Positions 7,807 through 16,766 of a stretch of 54,891 nt of DNA are shown piece by piece. The DNA is from Steroidobacteraceae bacterium. GTDB lineage: Bacteria; Pseudomonadota; Gammaproteobacteria; Steroidobacterales; Steroidobacteraceae. Position 1 is the stretch's first letter. Each line of letters opens with the position of its first letter. The position numbers and the translations under genes were made by a program. The notes beneath the pieces were generated by a model. The model saw only the letters and a list, made by a program, of their open reading frames with translations. It searched no databases and was not told the DNA's origin. The stretch covers positions 1 to 54,891 of the forward strand of contig DATMQL010000115.1 of the NCBI GenBank assembly GCA_035566815.1. Direction: 5' to 3'.

Positions 7807-9147
7807 ATGGCGAGTGAGATCCGGCAGTTCTTCCGCGACCACGGTATTTCCGAGGTAGAGGCCATCATCCCCGACATGGCGGGGATCGCTCGCGGCAAAA
7901 TCATGCCCGCGGAGAAGTTCGCCGAGGACGGTGGCATGCGGCTGCCTGAGAGCGTCTTCCTGCAGACCGTCACGGGGGATTATCCGCTCGAGCCCGGCGA
8001 TGCCATGAGCCCGGCCGAAATCGATATCGTCCTCAAAGCCGATCCGAAGACCGTCCGGCGTGTTCCGTGGGCGGCCGAGCCGACGGCGCAGGTGATCCAC
8101 GACTGTTTCTATTCGGACGGCCGGCGGGTCAATATGGCTCCGCGCCATGTCCTGCGGAATGTGCTCGAGCTTTACGCCCAGCGGGGCTGGGAACCCGTCA
8201 TCGCGCCCGAGCTCGAGTTTTACCTGATCGAGCAGAACAAGGATGCTGATTACCCGCTCAAGCCGCCCGTGGGGCGCTCGGGTCGCGCCGAGCCGGGAAG
8301 GCAGTCGTACAGCATCGCCGCGGTGAACGAGTTCGATCCGCTGTTCGATGACATCTACCAGTTTTGCGAGGACCAGGAGATCGAGATCGACACGCTGATC
8401 CACGAGGATGGACCGGCGCAGATGGAGATCAACCTGATCCACGGCTATCCGCTCGCGCTAGCGGACCAGGCCTTCCTGTTCAAGCGCACCGCCCGCGAGG
8501 CGGCGCTGCGGCACAAGATCTACGCGACGTTCATGGCGAAGCCCCATGCCAAGGAGCCCGGGAGCGCCATGCATATCCACCAGAGCATCGTGGATATCAA
8601 ATCGCGCAAGAACATCTTCAGCAACTCGGATGGCACGCCTTCGCAGCTGTTCTTCTCCCACATCGGGGGTCTGCAGAAGTACATGCCTGCGGCGATGGCA
8701 CTCTTCTGCCCGAACGTTAACTCCTATCGCCGGCTGACGCGTTACCTCTCCGCGCCCATTAATGTGCATTGGGGCTACGACAATCGCACGGCCGGCCTGC
8801 GTGTGCCGATGTCCGACGCTGAGGCGCGGCGCGTGGAGAACCGTGTCGGCGGCGCCGACGCCAATCCGTACATTGCGATCGCAGCCTCGCTGGCCTGCGG
8901 CTACCTTGGGATGATCGAGGGTCTGCAGCCCAGTGACCCCATCAGTGGCAGCGCACATGATCTGCCGTTTGGGCTGCCGCGATCGCTGGACGAGGCGCTG
9001 CGCAGACTGAAGGACTGCGAGCCGCTGGTGAAGCTGCTGGGCGAACAGTTCGTCTCCGCGTTCACTATTGTCAAGGAGGCGGAGTACGAGGTGTTCTTGC
9101 AGGTGATCAGCTCCTGGGAGCGGGAGCACCTGCTGCTGAACGTCTAG
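7807..9147 (+). CDS. puuA: glutamine synthetase family protein, gamma-glutamylputrescine synthetase-like
   Basis: ORF 7783..9147 (GTG); ATG at 7807. GS catalytic-domain motifs PELEFYL, KPHAKEPGSAMHIHQS, NSYRRL and ENRVGGADANPY. Confidence 0.85.
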   Translation: MASEIRQFFRDHGISEVEAIIPDMAGIARGKIMPAEKFAEDGGMRLPESVFLQTVTGDYPLEPGDAMSPAEIDIVLKADPKTVRRVPWAAEPTAQVIHDCFYSDGRRVNMAPRHVLRNVLELYAQRGWEPVIAPELEFYLIEQNKDADYPLKPPVGRSGRAEPGRQSYSIAAVNEFDPLFDDIYQFCEDQEIEIDTLIHEDGPAQMEINLIHGYPLALADQAFLFKRTAREAALRHKIYATFMAKPHAKEPGSAMHIHQSIVDIKSRKNIFSNSDGTPSQLFFSHIGGLQKYMPAAMALFCPNVNSYRRLTRYLSAPINVHWGYDNRTAGLRVPMSDAEARRVENRVGGADANPYIAIAASLACGYLGMIEGLQPSDPISGSAHDLPFGLPRSLDEALRRLKDCEPLVKLLGEQFVSAFTIVKEAEYEVFLQVISSWEREHLLLNV

Positions 9148-9209
9148 TCTATGGGCGGCAAATCGCGCGCCGCGATTCCCGCGAGCGCGCCTAGAGCTGT
9201 GACCACCCC

Positions 9210-9235
9210 CGAGGAAAAGGCGTGGCTTTTCCTCG
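9210..9235 (+). terminator. hairpin downstream of puuA (weak terminator candidate)
   Basis: CGAGGAAAAG, a 6-nt loop, CTTTTCCTCG: a perfect 10-bp stem. No clear T-tract follows. Confidence 0.3.
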
Positions 9236-9246
9236 CGAAAAGCATG

Positions 9247-9391
9247 CCGGTTGGGGCGCGCGCACCGGTTGCCCCACGTCGCGCCGGGGGCGGCGCTTCG
9301 TGGGATTCCCTCCGCTGCGCTCCGGTTGCCCCACGTCGCGCCGGGGGCGGCGCTTCGTGGGATTCCCTCCGCTGCGCTCCGGTTGGGGGCG
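9247..9391. repeat. intergenic tandem repeat, 57-bp unit x2 flanked by partial copies (REP-like, hairpin-forming)
   Basis: The unit CCGGTTGCCCCACGTCGCGCCGGGGGCGGCGCTTCGTGGGATTCCCTCCGCTGCGCT occurs identically at 9265-9321 and 9322-9378. CCGGTTGGGG(G)CG occurs at both borders (9247, 9379). Each unit contains CCCACG..GCGCC-GGGGGC-GGCGC..CGTGGG. Confidence 0.9.
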
Positions 9392-9523
9392 TCCACCGGG
9401 CGGCGGCCGCGACCGAGCAGGCGTCCCGGGCCGCCAGACTGTTATATTAATGGCGCCGGTCGCGTGGGGCTCGAATCGCTCGCACCTTCCGGGGGTCTGC
9501 GCGGTTCGTCAATCAGAGGCTTC

Positions 9524-10696
9524 ATGAGTACTGCTCTGCGCTCGTTCTGTCTTGGCGCGGTTCTCGCCACGCTATTGGCCGGTTGCTCCGGCGGTTCCAA
9601 ATCCCCTTCCGACGAAAGTGCCAAGCCAGCGTCCGGCCCTGCCGCGACCGCCGCTTCCGGCGAACCGATGGATGCTGACAAAGTCGTCAACGTCTATAAC
9701 TGGTCGGACTATATCGACACCACCGTGATAGCCGACTTCGAGAAGGAGTACGGCATCAAGGTCAATTACGACGTCTTCGATTCGAACGAGGTGCTCGAGA
9801 CCAAGCTCCTCACCGGGCACACCAATTACGACGTCGTAGCCCCTTCGGGCGCCTTCCTCGCGAACCAGATCCAGGCCGGGGTGTACCAGAAGCTCAATAA
9901 GGCGCTGCTCCCCAACCTCAAGTACCTCGATCCCGAAGTCGCCAGGAAAGAGGCGCAGTACGATCCGGACAACGCCTATGCGGTGACCTATATGTGGATC
10001 ACTTCCGGTCCCGGCTACAACACCGAGAAGATCAAGCAGCGCATGCCCGATGCGCCGGTGGATAGCTGGCGGATGCTGTACGACCCGGCCGTGGTCGCGA
10101 AATTCGCCGACTGCGGGGTATCGCTCCTGGATGCGCCGACCGAGGTCGTTCCCACCGTGCTCATCTATCTCGGCAAGGATCCCAACAGCACCTCGCTGGA
10201 TGATTTGCAGGCGGCAGAGAAAGCCCTCCTGGCGATCCGCCCGTACATCCGCTACATCCATTCTTCCCGTTACATAGATGACCTGGCCAACGGGGAAACC
10301 TGCTTGGCGTTGGGTTGGTCGGGGGATGTCAAGCAGGCGCACGATCGCGCCAAGGAAGCCGGCAAGGGCATTGACATCGGCTACAACATCCCGAAGGAAG
10401 GCGCGATCAGCAACTACGACGTGATGGCTATTCCCGCGGACGCCCCGCACCCCAACAACGCGCACTTGTTCATCAACTTCCTGATGCGGCCGGAGATCGC
10501 AGCGCGTAGCACCAACCTGGTCAAGTACGCCAACGGCGATATGCCGACCCCGGCGATCAACGATGCCATACGCAACGACCCGGGCGTCTATCCACCGGCG
10601 GATGTCATTGCGAAGTTGCATCCTGAACCCGCACGGACCCCGGACTACCGCCGCATACTGACGCGGATGTGGTTCCGGGTCAAAACCGGCAAGTGA
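9524..10696 (+). CDS. potF: putrescine/spermidine ABC transporter periplasmic substrate-binding lipoprotein
   Basis: ORF 9251..10696, but upstream of 9524 it translates the repeat. ATG at 9524 with AGAGG 5 nt upstream. Lipobox LLAGCSG. The PotD/PotF fold sequence is similar throughout (VYNWSDYID...). Confidence 0.88.
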   Translation: MSTALRSFCLGAVLATLLAGCSGGSKSPSDESAKPASGPAATAASGEPMDADKVVNVYNWSDYIDTTVIADFEKEYGIKVNYDVFDSNEVLETKLLTGHTNYDVVAPSGAFLANQIQAGVYQKLNKALLPNLKYLDPEVARKEAQYDPDNAYAVTYMWITSGPGYNTEKIKQRMPDAPVDSWRMLYDPAVVAKFADCGVSLLDAPTEVVPTVLIYLGKDPNSTSLDDLQAAEKALLAIRPYIRYIHSSRYIDDLANGETCLALGWSGDVKQAHDRAKEAGKGIDIGYNIPKEGAISNYDVMAIPADAPHPNNAHLFINFLMRPEIAARSTNLVKYANGDMPTPAINDAIRNDPGVYPPADVIAKLHPEPARTPDYRRILTRMWFRVKTGK

Positions 10697-11841
10697 GCGC
10701 GCAACTCCAGGTGGACGCGCCAGCAGCAGCCAGCCGCGAGCAGGGCGCCCCGGCGGCATTTGTACGCATCGAGCACGTCACCAAGAAATTTGGTGAGTTC
10801 GCGGCCGTGGACGATGTGTCGCTCGACATCCAGCAGGGTGAGATCTTCTGTCTGTTGGGCGGCTCCGGCTCCGGAAAAACGACCCTGTTGAGAATGCTCG
10901 CGGGCTTCGAGACGCCGACGACCGGCAAGATCTATATCGACGGCCAGGACATGAGCACGATTCCGCCCTACGAGCGGCGCATCAACATGATGTTCCAGTC
11001 CTACGCGCTCTTCCCGCACATGACAGTCGAGAAGAACGTGGCCTTCGGGCTCGAGCAGGAGAAGCTCGGCAAGTCGGAAATCCGCACGCGGGTGGCCGAT
11101 ATTCTCGAGATCGTGAAAATGAGCTCGTTCACGGCCCGCAAGCCCCACCAACTCTCCGGCGGCCAGCGGCAGCGGGTGGCATTGGCGCGCGCGCTGGTGA
11201 AACGGCCGAAGCTGCTGCTGCTCGATGAGCCGCTGGCGGCGCTCGACAGAAAGTTGCGCGAGCATACGCAATTCGAGCTCATCAACATTCAGAAGCGCCT
11301 CGGGGTGACCTTCATCGTGGTCACACACGACCAGGAAGAGGCGATGACCCTGTCGACACGCATGGGTGTCATGAACCATGGAAAGATCGCCCAAGTGGGT
11401 ACACCTGCGGCGATCTACGAGTCCCCGGCCACGAAGTTTGTCGCGGATTTCATCGGCTCGGTCAATATGTTCGAAGGCCGTGTCATGGTTCCGGGGACCG
11501 GCCGCATCGAATCGGATGAGCTCGGCTGCACGGTCGTCGTAGACCGGAAACTCAACTGCGCCGGTGGCTCGACCGTCTGGACTGCCGTCAGGCCCGAGAA
11601 AATCAACATGAGCCGGTCGCTCGAGGACGCGTCCGGGCCGCGCGAGAACCTGGTGCGCGGTACGGTAAAGGAGATCGCCTACATGGGCGATGTCTCGATC
11701 TACCTCGTGCAGATCGATTCCGGCAAGACCGTGCGCGTGACGCTTCCCAACATCATGCGGGACGCCGAGCATCGCATTACCCGGGACGAGACGGTATATC
11801 TCTCGTGGCACGGCTCCAGCCCGGTCGTGTTGACAGAATAA
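10693..11841 (+). CDS. potG: polyamine ABC transporter ATP-binding protein
   Basis: The GTG at 10693 overlaps the potF TGA (GTGA). Walker A GGSGSGKTT, signature LSGGQRQRVALARAL, Walker B LLLLDEP. C-terminal TOBE-like domain. Confidence 0.9.
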   Translation: MSAQLQVDAPAAASREQGAPAAFVRIEHVTKKFGEFAAVDDVSLDIQQGEIFCLLGGSGSGKTTLLRMLAGFETPTTGKIYIDGQDMSTIPPYERRINMMFQSYALFPHMTVEKNVAFGLEQEKLGKSEIRTRVADILEIVKMSSFTARKPHQLSGGQRQRVALARALVKRPKLLLLDEPLAALDRKLREHTQFELINIQKRLGVTFIVVTHDQEEAMTLSTRMGVMNHGKIAQVGTPAAIYESPATKFVADFIGSVNMFEGRVMVPGTGRIESDELGCTVVVDRKLNCAGGSTVWTAVRPEKINMSRSLEDASGPRENLVRGTVKEIAYMGDVSIYLVQIDSGKTVRVTLPNIMRDAEHRITRDETVYLSWHGSSPVVLTE

Positions 11842-12738
11842 ATGGGAAAGTTCGACAACCGTGCCGGCCGGCGGCTGGTCGCAGGGATCCCCCTGTTCTG
11901 GCTGCTGCTGTTTTTTCTCATCCCCTTCATCATCGTTTTGAAGATCTCCTTTTCGGAGGTCCGCCTGGCGATGCCGCCGTACGCGCCCTTGTTGCAGTGG
12001 GTGCAGGGCTGGCCCTCGCCAAAACTGCACCTGGGGAATTACGGGTTCCTGTTCACCGACCCGCTCTACATCAGCTCCTACCTGTATTCCCTAAAAGTGG
12101 CGGCGGTCTCGACCCTGTGTTGTCTGCTGATCGGCTATCCGATGGCCTACGCCATCTCGCACGCCAGCCCCACCTGGCGCACCGTGTTGTTGATGATGAT
12201 CGTGCTGCCGTTCTGGACTTCGTTCCTGCTGCGCGTCTATGCGTGGATCGGGCTCCTCAAGAACAACGGGGTGATCAACAACATCCTGATGTATTTCGGG
12301 ATCATCCACGAGCCGTTGTCCATGCTGCAGAGTGATTTCGCGGTGTATATCGGCATCGTGTATTCGTATCTGCCGTTCATGATCCTGCCGCTGTACGCGA
12401 ATCTCGAGAAGCACGACAACACCCTGCTGGAGGCTGCCGCCGACCTGGGCGCAACGCCGATGACGGGTTTCTTCCGGATCACCCTGCCGCAGTCCATCGC
12501 CGGGATCATCGCCGGGTCGCTGCTCGTCTTCATTCCCGCGGTCGGCGAATACGTCGTACCGTCGCTGCTGGGCCGAACGGACCAGCTCATGATCGGGCGG
12601 GTGCTGTCGGATGAGTTCTTCGAGAACCGGGACTGGCCGGTGGCGAGCGCCGTTGCGATTCTCATACTGCTGGCGCTCGTGATCCCGATCATGTTATTCC
12701 AACATTTCCAGCGGCGCGAGCTGGAGGCGCAGGAATGA
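11842..12738 (+). CDS. potH: polyamine ABC transporter permease
   Basis: The ATG immediately follows the potG stop. Multi-TM protein with an EAA-type loop, LLEAAADLGATPMTGFFRITLP. Confidence 0.88.
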   Translation: MGKFDNRAGRRLVAGIPLFWLLLFFLIPFIIVLKISFSEVRLAMPPYAPLLQWVQGWPSPKLHLGNYGFLFTDPLYISSYLYSLKVAAVSTLCCLLIGYPMAYAISHASPTWRTVLLMMIVLPFWTSFLLRVYAWIGLLKNNGVINNILMYFGIIHEPLSMLQSDFAVYIGIVYSYLPFMILPLYANLEKHDNTLLEAAADLGATPMTGFFRITLPQSIAGIIAGSLLVFIPAVGEYVVPSLLGRTDQLMIGRVLSDEFFENRDWPVASAVAILILLALVIPIMLFQHFQRRELEAQE

Positions 12739-13583
12739 CCTCGCGCGGCGTTTTTTCGCGTACGGCGCTGGTGTTCGGGCTCGTCTTTCTGTACGTGCCC
12801 ATCCTGTCGATGATCGTGTTTTCGTTCAACAACTCGAGACTGGTGACGGTCTGGGATGCCGCCCATTCGCCCACGCTCAAGTGGTACGGCGAGTTGTTGT
12901 CGAACGGGCAGATCGTGGGCGCCGCCTGGCTGTCGATCCGGATTGCGCTGGTCTCCGCGACCGGCGCGGTCATTCTGGGAACGCTCACGGGCGTGGCACT
13001 GGCACGGTTTGGACCTTTTCGGGGACGGACATTGCTGTCCGGGATGACCACGGCGCCGATCGTGATGCCCGAGGTGATCACGGGTCTTTCACTGCTGCTG
13101 ATGTTCGTCGCGCTGGAACAGTTCATAGGCTGGCCGAAGGGGTCCGGTGCGCTCACGATCACGCTGTCGCACATTACCTTCTGCATGGCATACGTGACGG
13201 TGGTGGTACAGTCACGGCTGGTGGGATTCGACGAGTCGCTGGAAGAGGCCGCGATGGATCTGGGCGCGCGGCCTGCCACGGTGTTCTTCCGCGTGACGCT
13301 GCCGCTGATCGTGCCGGCGATTCTGTCCGGTTGGCTGCTGGCGTTCACATTGTCGTGGGACGATCTGGTCATCACACAGTTTGTCGCGGGGCCCGGATCG
13401 AGTACTTTGCCGATGGTTATTTTCTCGAAAGTGCGCCTCGGCGTGAGTCCGGACGTGAACGCTCTTGCCACGATCATGGTACTGCTGGTCACGATCGGCA
13501 TCGTCACTTCCGCGGTGTGGATGCGTTACCAGAACAGGCGTCGCGAGCGCGATGAGCAACTCGCCGCCGCCGCCAACCTTTGA
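12735..13583 (+). CDS. potI: polyamine ABC transporter permease
   Basis: 4-nt overlap with potH (ATGA). EAA loop LEEAAMDLGARPATVFFRVTLP. Confidence 0.88.
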   Translation: MTSRGVFSRTALVFGLVFLYVPILSMIVFSFNNSRLVTVWDAAHSPTLKWYGELLSNGQIVGAAWLSIRIALVSATGAVILGTLTGVALARFGPFRGRTLLSGMTTAPIVMPEVITGLSLLLMFVALEQFIGWPKGSGALTITLSHITFCMAYVTVVVQSRLVGFDESLEEAAMDLGARPATVFFRVTLPLIVPAILSGWLLAFTLSWDDLVITQFVAGPGSSTLPMVIFSKVRLGVSPDVNALATIMVLLVTIGIVTSAVWMRYQNRRRERDEQLAAAANL

Positions 13584-13595
13584 ACTGTTAGGGCC

Positions 13596-14393
13596 ATGAC
13601 ACTCAAGATACAGGGATTCGATGTCGGGGGATCTTCGGTGAAGGCCGGGCTCGTCGATGTGCAGGGCGGGCGGCTCATCGGCGAGCTGATATCGGCGCCC
13701 ACGCCGAGGCCCGCCACGCCCGAGGGAGTCATGCAGGTGATCGCCGGGTTGTCGCGCAGTATGCCCGAGGCGGGTGCTGGTGTTGGAATCGCCCTTCCGA
13801 GTGTCGTGCAAAAGGGCAAGGTCCGTACCGCTGCCAACATCGATCATTCCTGGATCGGGACCGACGCTGCCGCACTGGCTGCGAAAGTACTGGGGCGCCC
13901 CGCCGAATGCCTGAACGACGCGGATGCCGCCGGCTTCGCGGAAATGCGTTGGGGGGCGGGCAAGGATGAAACCGGCATGGTGTTCATGCTCACCTTCGGA
14001 ACCGGCATCGGCAGCGCCCTGTTTTACGAGGGACGACTCGTTCCCAACACCGAGTTGGGTCATCTGGAAATGCGCGGCATGGACGCCGAAAAATGGGCCT
14101 CGGCGCACGTCAAGACGGCGCAGAATCTCGATTGGCCGGCGTGGATCGAGCGCGTCAACGAGTATCTCGCCCGCATGCAGGCGCTTTTCTGGCCTGACCT
14201 GTTTCTCCTGGGCGGTGCGGTGAGCGAGCGCTTCGAGGATTTTGCACCGTTGCTGCGCTCCGAAGCGCGTATTCTGCCAGCACGCTTTGCCGGCCAGGCC
14301 GGTGTGATCGGGGCCGCGCTGGCGGCGTCCGAAGCGCGCGCCCACGTTAGATCTGCCGCCGGGATGTCTCATGGAAACCTTCCATCGCAGTAA
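13596..14393 (+). CDS. ppgK: ROK family polyphosphate glucokinase
   Basis: GFDVGGSSVKAGLVD (ATPase phosphate-1), NDADAAGFAEMRWGAG and LTFGTGIGSALF. The length (265 aa) and order of motifs are typical of PpgK. Confidence 0.75.
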   Translation: MTLKIQGFDVGGSSVKAGLVDVQGGRLIGELISAPTPRPATPEGVMQVIAGLSRSMPEAGAGVGIALPSVVQKGKVRTAANIDHSWIGTDAAALAAKVLGRPAECLNDADAAGFAEMRWGAGKDETGMVFMLTFGTGIGSALFYEGRLVPNTELGHLEMRGMDAEKWASAHVKTAQNLDWPAWIERVNEYLARMQALFWPDLFLLGGAVSERFEDFAPLLRSEARILPARFAGQAGVIGAALAASEARAHVRSAAGMSHGNLPSQ

Positions 14394-15549
14394 GTTACCT
14401 GACGTCGGCACGACGATTTTCACCGTCATGTCGCGGCGGGCCCGGGAGCTCGGCGCGCTCAACCTCGGCCAGGGCTTCCCGGACTACGAGATCGATCCGC
14501 GGCTGACCGCGCTCGTGGCCGCGGCGATGAGCCAGGGTCATAACCAGTACGCTCCGATGGAGGGACTGATGTCCCTGCGCGAGCGGATCGCGCAGAAGCT
14601 CTTCATGAGTTATGCGCTGAAAGTGGATCCCGATTCGCAAGTCACCGTAACGCTTGGAGGGACGGAGGCAATCTATTCCGCCATCCAGGCAGTCGTCGGG
14701 CCGGGCGACGAGGCGATCATGTTCGATCCGTCGTACGACTCGTACGACCCTGCCGTCCGACTCGCGGGCGGTCGCTGCGTGCGAATTCCTTTGCAGCCGC
14801 CGTCGTTTCGTTATGACTGGGACCGGGTGCGCGCTGCCATCAGCGAGCGCACACGCCTCGTGCTGTTCAATACTCCACTGAATCCCGCCTGCACAGCCGC
14901 TACGATGGAGGACCTGAATACGCTGGCGGATGTGATCCGGGGTAGGGACATCCTGGTCATGTCAGACGAGGTCTACGAGCACGTGGTGTATGACGGCCGC
15001 AAGCATGCCTCCGTCATGATGCAGCCGGAGCTCGCCGGGAAGAGCTTCACCGTTTTCTCGTTCGGCAAGACCATGCACGCCACCGGCTTGCGCGTCGGCT
15101 ATTGCATAGCGCCCGCGGTGCTCACTCGCGAGCTTCGCAAGGTGCACCAGTTCAATACCTTCAGCATCTCGCATCCTTTCCAACATGCGATCGCGGCCTA
15201 TCTCACCGAAAAGCCCGATGGCTGGCGCGCCCTGCCGGCCTTTTTCCAGGCGAAACGCGATCGGGTGCGTGATGCGCTCGGGAAGTCGGGGTTCAAGTTG
15301 CCGCCCGCGCAGGGCACCTATTTCCAGCTGCTGGATTTCAGCGAGTTTTTTCCTCCCGATGACGTGGGATTCGCGGAACGTCTGTTGACGGAAGCAGGTG
15401 TGGCGACGATCCCCTTGTCACCTTTCTACGCGCAAGCGCCAGCGCTCTCGGTCGTGCGGTTGTGTATCGCGAAGCGCGATGCGACCCTCGACGAGGCCGT
15501 ATTGCGCATCAATGCCTTTGCCTCGCGGTTGGGCCGGGCAGGCGCCTGA
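14371..15549 (+). CDS. class I/II PLP aminotransferase, methionine aminotransferase (YbdL)-like
   Basis: The N-terminus SKLPDVGTTIFTVMS...LNLGQGFPDY matches the YbdL pattern. PLP Lys in FSFGKTMHATG. Overlaps the ppgK end by 23 nt. Confidence 0.8.
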   Translation: METFHRSKLPDVGTTIFTVMSRRARELGALNLGQGFPDYEIDPRLTALVAAAMSQGHNQYAPMEGLMSLRERIAQKLFMSYALKVDPDSQVTVTLGGTEAIYSAIQAVVGPGDEAIMFDPSYDSYDPAVRLAGGRCVRIPLQPPSFRYDWDRVRAAISERTRLVLFNTPLNPACTAATMEDLNTLADVIRGRDILVMSDEVYEHVVYDGRKHASVMMQPELAGKSFTVFSFGKTMHATGLRVGYCIAPAVLTRELRKVHQFNTFSISHPFQHAIAAYLTEKPDGWRALPAFFQAKRDRVRDALGKSGFKLPPAQGTYFQLLDFSEFFPPDDVGFAERLLTEAGVATIPLSPFYAQAPALSVVRLCIAKRDATLDEAVLRINAFASRLGRAGA

Positions 15550-15555
15550 GCTGCC

Positions 15556-16725
15556 ATGAAAAAAACTACGCGGGTCAATCATCCTCCGGCGGTCGAGCTA
15601 CCATCCGACAATCACGCGGTGGTGGCGCCGATCTACCAGACCGTCAAATTCGAGTTCGACACCCTGGCGGAAACGGAGCGCTACTTTCGCGGTGAGCGGC
15701 CCGGTTTTTTCTACACACGGGCGTCGAATCCGACGACACGGCAGCTGGAGTTGCTGCTGGCGGAGTTACAGGGGCGTGAAGAGTGCCTGGTGACGGCGTC
15801 CGGTGTGGGCGCCATCTCGCAAGCCTTGCTGGCCTTGACGAAGCAGGGCGATCACATCCTGTGTTTCGTCGAAACCTACAACCCGACGCGTTACCTGATT
15901 CGCCGCCTGCTCGGGCGGTTCGGCGTGACGCACACCATGATCTCGATCGAGGATATCGCGGGTGTCGAGCGAGCGCTCGCCGCTCATCCCACGCGACTCG
16001 TGGTGTTCGAGAGTCCCACGAATCCGGTCACCAAGATTGCCGACATCAAAGCGCTCACCCGCGTGGCAAAGGCGGCCGGCGCCCTGACAGTCATGGACAA
16101 CACGTTTGCCGGATTCCACCAGCACGGCGAGTACGACGTCGACGTGTTTATCCATAGCCTCACGAAATACGCTTCCGGGGCGGGCGACGTAATGGGCGGC
16201 GCTGTCATCGGTCGCAGCGATGTCATCCGCGGCATGCGGAACGATTTCGGCGCGTTGGGTGGCATGCTCGATCCGCATGCGGCGTTTCTGATTCTGCGCG
16301 GGTTGAAGACCTATTTCGTGCGCTACCAGGCACAGTCGGCCAGCGCGATGAAGGTCGCCGAGATGTTGGCCGGGCATCCTGCGGTGGCTCGAGTGCACTA
16401 TCCGGGCCTCTCCACCCATCCGCAATACGCACTCGCACGCGAGCAGATGAAGGATTTCGGCACCATTGTCAGCTTCGACCTCAAGGGCGGGGCGGACGCG
16501 GGCGCGAAGTTTTCCGACGCCTTGAAGTTGTTTGCATTGGCCGCGAGCCTCGGTTCTACCGAGTCCCTCGTGGTCGCTCCGCAGATGATGGGTGGCCGGG
16601 ATCTGACGGCCGAGCAGCACAAGCTCTCGGGGCTCACTGACGGCACGGTGCGGTTGTCGATTGGCCTCGAGGATATCGACGATCTGCTGGACGACGTGAA
16701 GCAGGCGCTGGTGGTGGCGCAGTAG
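15556..16725 (+). CDS. Cys/Met-metabolism PLP-dependent enzyme (cystathionine gamma-synthase/beta-lyase/methionine gamma-lyase family)
   Basis: YTRASNPT and the PLP-Lys motif HSLTKYASGAGDVMGG, with a C-terminal GTVRLSIGLEDIDDL. The exact reaction is not assignable. Confidence 0.8.
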   Translation: MKKTTRVNHPPAVELPSDNHAVVAPIYQTVKFEFDTLAETERYFRGERPGFFYTRASNPTTRQLELLLAELQGREECLVTASGVGAISQALLALTKQGDHILCFVETYNPTRYLIRRLLGRFGVTHTMISIEDIAGVERALAAHPTRLVVFESPTNPVTKIADIKALTRVAKAAGALTVMDNTFAGFHQHGEYDVDVFIHSLTKYASGAGDVMGGAVIGRSDVIRGMRNDFGALGGMLDPHAAFLILRGLKTYFVRYQAQSASAMKVAEMLAGHPAVARVHYPGLSTHPQYALAREQMKDFGTIVSFDLKGGADAGAKFSDALKLFALAASLGSTESLVVAPQMMGGRDLTAEQHKLSGLTDGTVRLSIGLEDIDDLLDDVKQALVVAQ

Positions 16726-16766
16726 CTGGTGATGCGATAGCGTCCTGTATCGCGCTGCTGGTGCCG

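Noticed and set aside
9247-9391. Possible CRISPR array at the 57-bp repeats.
   Set aside because: There are only two full copies. They are directly adjacent with no spacers, the unit length is atypical, and no cas genes are present. It is a tandem/REP-like repeat.
9440-9460. The AT-rich TTATATTAAT upstream of potF as a third PuuR-like box.
   Set aside because: It shares only about 7 of 14 positions with the boxes at 6680 and 6906. It is more simply explained as a -10-like promoter element.
9251-9523. N-terminal 91-codon extension of the potF ORF.
   Set aside because: It translates the tandem repeat and the intergenic hairpins. A lipoprotein signal with a good SD begins at 9524.
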